Source: Candidatus Bathyarchaeia archaeon (GTDB lineage: Archaea; Thermoproteota; Bathyarchaeia; 40CM-2-53-6). From it: a DNA stretch of 64,000 nucleotides. Location of the stretch: NCBI GenBank assembly GCA_049517415.1, contig JBEKSC010000001.1, positions 159,146 through 223,145 of the forward strand. The letters run 5' to 3'. Every line of letters begins with the position of its first letter. Position 1 is the stretch's first letter. Below, one piece after another: positions 28,283 through 36,459 of the stretch. A program made the position numbers and the translations under genes. The notes under the pieces are model-generated. The model saw only the letters and a program-made list of their open reading frames with translations, was not told the DNA's origin and did no database searches.

Positions 28283-29137
28283 CTACTCTTGAGGAGTGCC
28301 ACATTTGTTGCAGAACTTCGACCCGGTAGGAAGAGCTTTTCCACAATTTAGGCAAAATTGTCCATTAGAGGTGCTGCTCTTGGCCCGACTTTTTCTGACT
28401 TTAGGTCTAGACCTAACAACGTACAATGCAGCTATAATCACGATGACCACAACGACAATTGCCACGATAATCGTGGGGTCTACACCAAAGTTTAACCCTG
28501 TGACTGCTTGCGTTATTTGAGTTGAGCTAACCGTTTGCGTTGCCGTCAGCGCCACCTGATTCGTAACCATGTTGTAGACCGTAGAAGTTTGTTCTTGATT
28601 GAAAGTAGCGACTAGAACAAATGGGGTCGTGACTTTAGGGACGCTTGCGCCTAGTGTAGTGGATGAAAAGATGAAATAGTACCAGCCGGTTGGTGGGTTT
28701 TTCCAATCCAATGAATACGTTGAGATTAAACCATATACCGCAACTTCGGCCGCATACGGTATATTGCCGCATAGTGAATTACTGAACGCATAAAACTGAT
28801 TCTGGTTCATAATGTAGAAGTCGATTCTGCTGCTTGGCGGTCCAATTGTGCCGGTAACCTCTATGGTGCCTGGGTCAACGGTTATGTTCCATGGATCATA
28901 AGTGCAAACACGTCCTGCGTTACTGGCTAATATGTCAGTCGTGCTAATGAAAGTGTTTGACGATACAATCGTTTGGGTCGTAGTTCCGACAGTGTTCGTG
29001 GAATAGACAGCTGATGTGAAGAGACCAGTCGTTGTCATAACATTTGTTTCGGTCGTAAATGTCTGACTCGCACTAGATGGAATTGAAGCTATTGCAAACA
29101 CGATGGATAGAATCAAAAGAAGCGTGCCAAATCGCAA
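28283..29137 (-). CDS. Surface protein: signal peptide, Thr-rich linkers, beta-sandwich, TM, double zinc ribbon
   Basis: IDFYIMNQNQF..GWYYFIF core; C-terminal FCLNCGKALPTGSKFCNKCG. Confidence 0.75.
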   Translation of the reverse strand: MRFGTLLLILSIVFAIASIPSSASQTFTTETNVMTTTGLFTSAVYSTNTVGTTTQTIVSSNTFISTTDILASNAGRVCTYDPWNITVDPGTIEVTGTIGPPSSRIDFYIMNQNQFYAFSNSLCGNIPYAAEVAVYGLISTYSLDWKNPPTGWYYFIFSSTTLGASVPKVTTPFVLVATFNQEQTSTVYNMVTNQVALTATQTVSSTQITQAVTGLNFGVDPTIIVAIVVVVIVIIAALYVVRSRPKVRKSRAKSSTSNGQFCLNCGKALPTGSKFCNKCGTPQE

Positions 29138-29457
29138 AAGAATCCGAATACTGGCTCAACAGATTTCCATTTAACACTTTACATTATAACGTATGCCATC
29201 GGACTGGTGATGATGACCTGCTACCTATCGGTGGCTGTAGGTTTCGCAGCGGTTTTTTATAACGTATGGTCTCTCGCTCAAGACTAATGATTACGTTGCT
29301 GATGCTCTTTTCAGTAAATAGTCCCATATTTCAGTTCGGTTGACGATTTCGATCTATGTCTTGTGGTTAGTTATTTCACTTTGTGTCGATTTGCACTTGA
29401 CAGACCGAATGCCGCAGCGTCTGCTTGAAGGTTCTAGCTTTGCACGGAACTAAGGTA

Positions 29458-30639
29458 CTATTTCTTTTGGCGGTTCTTGGCCTTCTGCTTGGTGGGTTTC
29501 CCTGCTTCGAAGTAGGATAATTTTTTTCGCAGTTCAGCGATTTCCTGGTCACGAGCAGTTAACTGCCTTTCAATTTTCGGCAGTTTGCCCAGTATTCCGT
29601 CAACAACTTCGTTCTGTTGGGTGGCGAGGCGTTCTATTTTCGTGAGTTGTTCGTCCCGCTTTGCGTCTGTGTTTACGCGTTCTTGCTGTAGGCGTTCAAT
29701 CTCCCTTTCGAGCTTACTTGTTCGACCGTTGCCCTCCCAAGCCTTGCGTAATTGTTCGTGAACATGGTCCTCATTCTCCCAGAGTTTGTTGTAGCCCTGC
29801 TCGGAAAATTGGCTATGACCTATGGTGAACTTGCGAACGTCCCATTCTACGCCTTGCGTTCCGGCGTATGTGAACCAAGCATCCCGAATTTCGTGGCACC
29901 CGACACCCTTCATATCGGTAAGTCCGGCTCGACTTCTCGCGCGTCGCCATTCCGCCTGTAGATTGTAGTCCTGAACCATATTGCCCCGCGTATTCGTGAA
30001 GGGGAGCCTTCCGCCTTTTCGAAGATAGTTTTCGATTAGATTTCGGGGAATTAGCGAATAGAATTTCCTTTTCGCGTTCTTTCTAGGCGGATGGATGGCC
30101 TTGACGTAAGGCTTCTTGGTGGTTAATTGCTCGCTTACGTCCTTAGTAATGTCGGGGCGAGTATTCCATTTGATGAAGCTAACTTCTCCCATGGGTGCAT
30201 AGGTGAAGATTGTATAGATTGTTTTGTACGGTTCTGGACAGTGGTTGATGATCTCCCTTATTTGATCTAACGTGAGTTCCTTGACATCTCCCTCAGATTT
30301 CACAGTGATGCGCTCAGAGGGAAGAAAGACTCCGTGATGTTGCAAGAAACTGCGGAACGATTTGATCTGCATTTTGATTGAGCCAGTTGGAAACTCAAAC
30401 GCTTGGTCCCGTAGTTCTTGCCATAATCCTCCCAAGTCGCCTTTCATGCTTTTGCAGTGCGCTAGAAATTCAGTCGGTGTTTCACGACGCTTCTCAAGAA
30501 GCCTTTGCAATTGATACGCATAGTAAGTGGCTGTTGCGTTGGAGCCCTTCAGGAGTTTGCTATACCAGGGTTTGATTAACGGGTCTTGGATAAACGGTTC
30601 AATCTTCGCTATTCTAGCGGTCGTATGGTTTGCCTTCAG
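29458..30639 (-). CDS. Tyrosine recombinase/integrase with C-terminal coiled coil (ORF track start 30510; frame open further 5')
   Basis: HEIR (HxxR), IGH...GY catalytic region, PRK; upstream in-frame PWYSKLLKGSNATATYY matches the usual archaeal integrase N-terminal pattern. Confidence 0.85.
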   Translation of the reverse strand: MKANHTTARIAKIEPFIQDPLIKPWYSKLLKGSNATATYYAYQLQRLLEKRRETPTEFLAHCKSMKGDLGGLWQELRDQAFEFPTGSIKMQIKSFRSFLQHHGVFLPSERITVKSEGDVKELTLDQIREIINHCPEPYKTIYTIFTYAPMGEVSFIKWNTRPDITKDVSEQLTTKKPYVKAIHPPRKNAKRKFYSLIPRNLIENYLRKGGRLPFTNTRGNMVQDYNLQAEWRRARSRAGLTDMKGVGCHEIRDAWFTYAGTQGVEWDVRKFTIGHSQFSEQGYNKLWENEDHVHEQLRKAWEGNGRTSKLEREIERLQQERVNTDAKRDEQLTKIERLATQQNEVVDGILGKLPKIERQLTARDQEIAELRKKLSYFEAGKPTKQKAKNRQKK

Positions 30640-30658
30640 GCCCGAATACTGTGGTAAA

Positions 30659-30669
30659 GGTATAAAAAT
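30659..30669 (-). promoter_or_regulatory. Putative TATA box of the integrase gene
   Basis: Minus strand ATTTTTATACC about 25 nt upstream of in-frame CTG 30639. Confidence 0.45.
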
Positions 30670-30922
30670 TCTCGCTATTCTTGAAGGTAAAGAGCTACCC
30701 GTTTCATGGTTCGAATACTACCTCATAGTTGAAGATTAGCATTACATATGTGAAACTTCTGATTTCTGACTTGAGGAGACCTTCCGCTACCGGTTTCTGA
30801 TACGTGAAAATGTCTGTTATGTACCGCAACTCATGAACGGTTAAGAATGAGCTAATGGAACTCTTTCTGGGGTCCCGATCACTCGGAGTTCATCCGGTCC
30901 AGGCCTAGAGGTGTCAGGTTGA

Positions 30923-31399
30923 GTGGGCATTGAGCACGCCATAAGTTTCAGGCTTAACGGGCAAAATGTAACAGTGAACTGTCCCTCTGCTTACACCTTG
31001 CTTGAGGTTCTTCGCGAGCAACTGCACGTGACAGGGCCGAAGGAAGACTGCGCTAAGGGCGAATGCGGGGCCTGCACAGTACTGATGAACGGCCAACCCG
31101 TCTGTTCCTGCCTCGTCCTAGTTTCACAAGCGCAAGGCTCTGAGGTCATTACATCAGAAGGGCTCGTGAAAGATGGAAAACTGAACCCAGTTCAGCAAGC
31201 CTTCCTGGAGGAGGGAGCCGTTCAATGCGGCCATTGTATTCCAGGCATGATCGTTTCAGCCTCAGCACTCTTAATGCGTAACCAGAAACCTTCCGTGGAA
31301 GAAATTCGGACAGCCCTATCAGGCAACCTCTGCAGGTGCACTGGCTACAGTAAGATAATCACAGCCGTTCAGAAGGCCGCAAAGAATTGGAGTCATTGA
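30923..31399 (+). CDS. Xanthine dehydrogenase family 2Fe-2S subunit (complex 1)
   Basis: CAKGECGAC, QCGHC, NLCRCTGY. Confidence 0.95.
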   Translation: MGIEHAISFRLNGQNVTVNCPSAYTLLEVLREQLHVTGPKEDCAKGECGACTVLMNGQPVCSCLVLVSQAQGSEVITSEGLVKDGKLNPVQQAFLEEGAVQCGHCIPGMIVSASALLMRNQKPSVEEIRTALSGNLCRCTGYSKIITAVQKAAKNWSH

Positions 31400-31403
31400 A
31401 TCT

Positions 31404-32288
31404 TTGATGCGCTCCGAAATCGATGTAATAACTCCCCGGACCTTGGATGAAGCGCTAAACATCCTCCATCAAGGTCACGCCGAGCTTAAGATTGTGGCCG
31501 GTGGCTCAGATGTAATTGTGCAACTTCGAGACGGCGTCCTGAAAGTCGAGAAACTTCTGAACATACTGTCTCTGAAGGAACTGAGATTCATACGGGAGCA
31601 AGATGGCTTGATTCACGTTGGTTCCCTAGCCACCTATAGCGACATCACGAATTCCCAGTTAGCGAAAGAGCATGCTTGGGTTCTTGTTGACGCTTCTAGG
31701 CAGATTGGTGCGGTCCAACTCCAGAATACGGCAACGTTAGGTGGGAACCTAGGTAACGCTTCACCGGCAGGGGACAGCCTCCCCCCATTGTATGCTCTCG
31801 AGGCTGTTGTTGTCACGAGGAGTAAAAGCGGTCGACGCGAAACCCCCGTCGAACAATTTTTCGTCTCCTATAGAAAGACCGCACTTAGGCCAGACGAATT
31901 GATTGAAGAAGTCTACTTCAAGCCAATGAATTCAAAGGATCGCGGCGCCTACATGAAACTCGGCCTGCGTGAAGCTAATGCGATTTCAATCGTTGACGTG
32001 GCGGTTGTACTGCGCGAGAGAAGCAGGGACGGTTCGTTTGCTGAGGCGAGAGTTGCCCTAGGTGCTGTTGCGCCTGTAATAACGCGAGCTCGCAAGAGCG
32101 AGAAAGCGTTAGAGCATACCCCGTTGAAGGAGAAAACGCTGCGGGAAGCTGCCACGCTGGCCGCAGATGACGCTGCGCCGATAGATGACATTCGTGGTTC
32201 AGCTGAGTACAGGAAGGAGATGGTCGTTTCATCAGTCTACCAGGCCCTTTACGAGGCCGTGTACGGGAGGAAGAAGAATCACGAGTAA
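31404..32288 (+). CDS. Xanthine dehydrogenase family FAD subunit (complex 1)
   Basis: AGGSD, ATLGGNLGNASPAGD, PIDDIRGSAEYR. Confidence 0.93.
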   Translation: MMRSEIDVITPRTLDEALNILHQGHAELKIVAGGSDVIVQLRDGVLKVEKLLNILSLKELRFIREQDGLIHVGSLATYSDITNSQLAKEHAWVLVDASRQIGAVQLQNTATLGGNLGNASPAGDSLPPLYALEAVVVTRSKSGRRETPVEQFFVSYRKTALRPDELIEEVYFKPMNSKDRGAYMKLGLREANAISIVDVAVVLRERSRDGSFAEARVALGAVAPVITRARKSEKALEHTPLKEKTLREAATLAADDAAPIDDIRGSAEYRKEMVVSSVYQALYEAVYGRKKNHE

Positions 32289-32520
32289 TCCTGTCCACAT
32301 CCGGGTCAGAATCTTTGGCGCTCCTTCGCTCGCGCTGGAGAGCAACGAACTAACACTTGAATTAGGCGAAGGCGCGACAATTGAAGATCTGCTCAACTCC
32401 ATCCCAGTTAAGGACAAAAACTACCTCTACATTGTTCGAGAAGGAGTCAGGCTCAAACCATCAACCAGACTCAATAACGGCGATGAAATCTTGGTCGTCC
32501 CACCGATAGCGGGAGGTTGA
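32281..32520 (+). CDS. MoaD/ThiS/SAMP ubiquitin-like sulfur carrier 1 (start uncertain)
   Basis: beta-grasp pattern, LNNGDEILVVPPIAGG C-terminus; best-placed start is ACG 32281 after GGGAGG. Confidence 0.8.
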   Translation, partial: TSNPVHIRVRIFGAPSLALESNELTLELGEGATIEDLLNSIPVKDKNYLYIVREGVRLKPSTRLNNGDEILVVPPIAGG

Positions 32521-34835
32521 GTCAGATGACTGAGACCGTTGTACTCGGCAAGGGAAAAATGAAGTGGGTTGGAAAATCAGTCGTTCGGCGAGACGGTGCG
32601 GGCAAAGTTACCGGTGAGACCAAGTTCTTTTCGGACATGTCAGTACCGAAGATGCTCTATGCTAAGGTTGCGAGAAGCAAATACCCTCATGCTCTGATTA
32701 AGAGAATCAGCACGGAGAAGGCTGAAGCGGTACCTGGCGTTGTGGCGGTTCTTACCCACAGGGATGTCCTTGGACTCAACGGGTTTGGGATCCTTCTGCC
32801 CGACCAACCCGTTCTATGTAACGACAAGGTGAGATACCTAGGAGACGCAATCGCTGTTGTCGCAGCGGAGAATTTGGAAGCAGCAGAGAAAAGTGCGCAG
32901 CTCGTCGAAGTTGACTACGACCCTCTCCCAGTCGTTTCCGACCCAGTAGAAGCCATGAAACCTGATGCCCCGAAAGTCCACGAAAAGGGAAACGTCTTGA
33001 GGCATTCAATTGTTCGCGTGGGTGATGTCCAAAAGGCATTCCGAGAAGCCGCGGTGGTCGTTGAAAATACGTACCGCACCGGGCGGCAGATGCACATGTT
33101 TCTTGAGGTTGAAGCCGGCCTCGGCATGCTCGATGATGAAGGAAGGATCGTGCTCTACGTGGGAGGACAATCACCTTACAGAGATCAAATGCAGGTCTCG
33201 AGGGCTCTCGGAATAAAACCTGAACAGGTTAGGGTTGTGTCTACACCAGTTGGAGGTGCCTTCGGCGCTAAAGAAGAGAACACAGTCCAAATTCACCTCG
33301 CTATGCTCGCGCTGAAAACGAAACGCCCGGTAAAGATGGTGTGGACTCGGGAAGAGTCCGGGGTCACCGGCATAAAACGCCACCCAATGATAGTCACAAC
33401 GAAGACCGCAGTGGACAAGGAAGGTCGACTTCTCGCAAATCAAGTCCGCATAGTTGCCGACACGGGCGCATACGCGTCGCTGGGACCCACTGTGCTAGAT
33501 GTTGCTATTGAGAATTCATGCGGGCCCTACCGAATACCAAACATCGATATAGACGCCTCACTGGTTTACACTAACAATGGCGTGGCTGGTGCATTCCGCG
33601 GTTTCGGCGCACCACAAGTCAACTTCGCATTAGAATCTAACATAGACATCATTGCAGGGAGACTCGGTATAGATAGATTGAAGATTCGCAAGAAGAACGT
33701 TCTCCGCGAAGGTGAGATTGGCCCCTTCGGTTACAAACTGCGCGGAAGCGTAGGCATCTATGAAACCCTCGAGAAAGCCGAGAAATCTGATGTTTGGAGA
33801 AATCGGAAACAATACAAATCCAAACCGTCGGCGCCTTGGTGCAAGAGAGGGGTCGCAGTAACAACGGCTGTGAAAGGTTTTGGTTTCGGAGCATTACCGG
33901 ATTTTGCCGCCGTCTCAATTCAGATCACACCGGCCGGTAAGTTCGTTGTTGGGGTAAGCTGCCCGGAGATTGGACAAGGAGCTGTGACGGCGTATTCGCA
34001 AATTGCTGCTGAGGCTCTGCACTGCGACCTCGGAGAAGTCTACATCGCCTCAGCAGATTCACAGCTAGCACCAGACACTGGCACATCATCAGCATCCATG
34101 GCCTTGGTCAGAGGAGGCAACGCGATCCTTGCTGCGGCTCCAAAGATGAACGATTTGCTACTTGAGGCAGCAGCGAAGATTCTCAGCCAACCAAAGGAGG
34201 AGCTAACCTTCAAAGACTCCCGCGTGGTTGCGATGAAGAACAAGAACGCTACCACATACACTGAAATCGCCCAATACATGCATCAATCAGGAGCGGAAAC
34301 CAAGATCGAGGCTGGCTACAATGTCCCACGGGTCGACAAACCCGTCGAAGGGAGCATAGAGATTCCGCACTGGTCCTATATGTACGCAAGCGCAGTTGCG
34401 TTAGTGGAAGTAAACACTCTAACAGGAGCCACGAAGGTTATCAAATTCTATCTATCGCCTGAATCGGGAAGAATCATCAACCCACAATCCTACACCGGCC
34501 AATGCGAAGGCGCGATAGTCCAAGGCCTAGGCTTCGCACTAACTGAAGAGACCCAGATCCATAACGGCATAGTAAGAACAAACAACTTCACCACCTACAT
34601 TATTCCGACAATATGTGACATCCCGGAGATTGAAGTGGATCCGGTTGAAACTTACGAGAAGATCGGACCATTCGGGGCGAAAGGCCTAGGGGAGATCGGC
34701 ATAATTCCGGTGGGTTCAGTCGTGGCTAATGCGATATGTGACGCGACTGGCACACGCGTCTACACATTACCTGCAACGCCGGAAAGGGTTTACAAGGCGA
34801 TGAAAGAACGGGAAGCTGGAACAAGTGCGAGTTAA
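32517..34835 (+). CDS. Xanthine dehydrogenase family molybdopterin-binding subunit (complex 1)
   Basis: GGAFGAK, AFRGFGAPQ, EIGQG, GPFGAKGLGE (catalytic Glu). Confidence 0.95.
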   Translation: MSQMTETVVLGKGKMKWVGKSVVRRDGAGKVTGETKFFSDMSVPKMLYAKVARSKYPHALIKRISTEKAEAVPGVVAVLTHRDVLGLNGFGILLPDQPVLCNDKVRYLGDAIAVVAAENLEAAEKSAQLVEVDYDPLPVVSDPVEAMKPDAPKVHEKGNVLRHSIVRVGDVQKAFREAAVVVENTYRTGRQMHMFLEVEAGLGMLDDEGRIVLYVGGQSPYRDQMQVSRALGIKPEQVRVVSTPVGGAFGAKEENTVQIHLAMLALKTKRPVKMVWTREESGVTGIKRHPMIVTTKTAVDKEGRLLANQVRIVADTGAYASLGPTVLDVAIENSCGPYRIPNIDIDASLVYTNNGVAGAFRGFGAPQVNFALESNIDIIAGRLGIDRLKIRKKNVLREGEIGPFGYKLRGSVGIYETLEKAEKSDVWRNRKQYKSKPSAPWCKRGVAVTTAVKGFGFGALPDFAAVSIQITPAGKFVVGVSCPEIGQGAVTAYSQIAAEALHCDLGEVYIASADSQLAPDTGTSSASMALVRGGNAILAAAPKMNDLLLEAAAKILSQPKEELTFKDSRVVAMKNKNATTYTEIAQYMHQSGAETKIEAGYNVPRVDKPVEGSIEIPHWSYMYASAVALVEVNTLTGATKVIKFYLSPESGRIINPQSYTGQCEGAIVQGLGFALTEETQIHNGIVRTNNFTTYIIPTICDIPEIEVDPVETYEKIGPFGAKGLGEIGIIPVGSVVANAICDATGTRVYTLPATPERVYKAMKEREAGTSAS

Positions 34836-35094
34836 GGTTAGGTTATTTCACGAATTGAGGGCGAGCGTAGGCGAGAGTGAAATCGAAGTTCAAGCAAGCA
34901 CCTTGAACGAAGTGCTCCAAGCTCTCATCAATAAGGACGGAGCCGTTAAGGATATGCTCTTTGACCCTGAAGGGCAACTCCGAGGGTACACCCTTTTCTA
35001 CGTTAATAATGCGGTTCAGAATCCACCTGATCTTTCGATGAAACTAAATGACGGAGACCTCGTATTACTAGTTCCAGCAGCAGCAGGTGGGTGA
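34825..35094 (+). CDS. MoaD/SAMP ubiquitin-like sulfur carrier 2
   Basis: MRVKVRLF..LNDGDLVLLVPAAAGG C-terminal diglycine. Confidence 0.9.
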   Translation: MRVKVRLFHELRASVGESEIEVQASTLNEVLQALINKDGAVKDMLFDPEGQLRGYTLFYVNNAVQNPPDLSMKLNDGDLVLLVPAAAGG

Positions 35095-35099
35095 GTTAG

Positions 35100-35987
35100 A
35101 TGCGTAAGTTCGACATGTACGTCCCAGAGGACCTACCCGACCTACTTCACTACCTAAACACACACCAGTCCGGAGCCCACCTGATAGCGAATGGAAGCGA
35201 CCTAATCAGCCGAATCCAACGCAGGCAGGTTAACCCCAGAACGCTGATCGACCTTTCAGGTTTAACGGAATTCAATTACGTGAAAAAGGTTGGAGACCTA
35301 ATCATAATAGGTGCACTAACAACGATATCCGACCTGATCAACTCACCCATCATAGATTCGCGACACGAAGTTTTCCGCGAGGTCGCGGCGAAGTTCGGTG
35401 GGCCAGCGATAATCAACGTGGCCACTGTGGGCGGCAACATTTGCGCTGCCTCATCCTCTGAAGACCTCCTACCTGTACTCCTAGTCCTTGACGCACAAGT
35501 TCGCATGCGCAGCGAACATGGGGAACGCGTAATGCGGCTTGAGGATTTTCTGAAGGGCAAACGAGTAACCGACCTGAAACCAAACGAAATTGTTGTTGAG
35601 ACCATGTTCAAGGCACTCGATGACCAAACCGCATGCGCCTTCGAGAAAATTGGGATGAGAAATTCACTGATAATTGCTTTCGTTAATTCAGCTGTCTATC
35701 TGAGGCTGGAAAGGAAAACTAAGCGTGTCGAAGATGTTCGAATTGCCTTCAACCGCGTGGGTGGAAAGATCCCGGAACGATCGAAGCGGACTGAAGAAAA
35801 ATTACGCGGACGAATGCTGAGTGCGCAGGCCGTCGAGGATGCTGCCCATGCTTTGAGGAGCGAGCTGAAGCTAAGTTCAGATTTCAGAGCCTCGGGCGAA
35901 TACCGCACTGAGGTCGCGGGTGTGCTTTTCAAGCGGGCTCTTGGTAGGTCTGCGAGGATGTTGTCAGGGGAGGAAAACTTTGTCTAA
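35100..35987 (+). CDS. Xanthine dehydrogenase family FAD subunit (complex 2)
   Basis: ANGSD, ATVGGNIC, SDFRASGEYR. Confidence 0.92.
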   Translation: MRKFDMYVPEDLPDLLHYLNTHQSGAHLIANGSDLISRIQRRQVNPRTLIDLSGLTEFNYVKKVGDLIIIGALTTISDLINSPIIDSRHEVFREVAAKFGGPAIINVATVGGNICAASSSEDLLPVLLVLDAQVRMRSEHGERVMRLEDFLKGKRVTDLKPNEIVVETMFKALDDQTACAFEKIGMRNSLIIAFVNSAVYLRLERKTKRVEDVRIAFNRVGGKIPERSKRTEEKLRGRMLSAQAVEDAAHALRSELKLSSDFRASGEYRTEVAGVLFKRALGRSARMLSGEENFV

Positions 35988-36453
35988 GCATCTTCTGAAG
36001 TTCGCGGTCAATGGAAAGGACTACGCATTGATGGTCCAATCCCATGAACGATTATTGGATGTTCTTCGTGACAGGTTAGGTTTGAAGGGTACCAAGGAAG
36101 GTTGCAGCACGGGTGACTGCGGCATATGCGCTGTGTTGATGGATGGGAAACTCGTCAACTCATGCTTAATTTTCGCCATACAAGCCAGAAACAAGAAGAT
36201 CGTAACCATCGAAGGAATCGGAACCGCCGAGAAGCTTCACCCACTACAACGAACGTTCATGGAACGGAATGCGTCTCAATGTGGATTTTGCATCCCAGCC
36301 ATGATTCTGGCATCAAAGAACCTTCTCGACAAGAACCCCAACCCAACTGAGGACCAGATCCGCAGGGCAACGAGCGGAATCCTATGCCGCTGTACAGGCT
36401 ACCTGAAAATCTTCGAGGCCGTGAAGGCAGCGGCTCATGAAATGGAGAAATAG
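35980..36453 (+). CDS. Xanthine dehydrogenase family 2Fe-2S subunit (complex 2)
   Basis: CSTGDCGIC, QCGFC, LCRCTGY; TTG 35980 after GGAGG. Confidence 0.94.
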   Translation: MSKHLLKFAVNGKDYALMVQSHERLLDVLRDRLGLKGTKEGCSTGDCGICAVLMDGKLVNSCLIFAIQARNKKIVTIEGIGTAEKLHPLQRTFMERNASQCGFCIPAMILASKNLLDKNPNPTEDQIRRATSGILCRCTGYLKIFEAVKAAAHEMEK

Positions 36454-36459
36454 GAACCA

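Larger units (their letters stand above)
21090..30760. mobile_element. Integrative element/defective provirus with tyrosine integrase; boundaries approximate
   Basis: Integrase at right end, dense short unknown ORFs, AACC/GGTT-rich intergenic DNA, interrupts a coherent catabolic cluster; no convincing att repeat found. Confidence 0.8.

Noticed and set aside
29458..30639. Classical integron integrase IntI
   Set aside because: No recognisable IntI-specific insertion and no canonical attC ends seen
21130..30727. attL/attR pair ACTACCACATA (21130-21140) / ACTACCTCATA (30717-30727)
   Set aside because: Only 10/11 identity, could be chance; no tRNA or other target recognised; needs empty-site comparison
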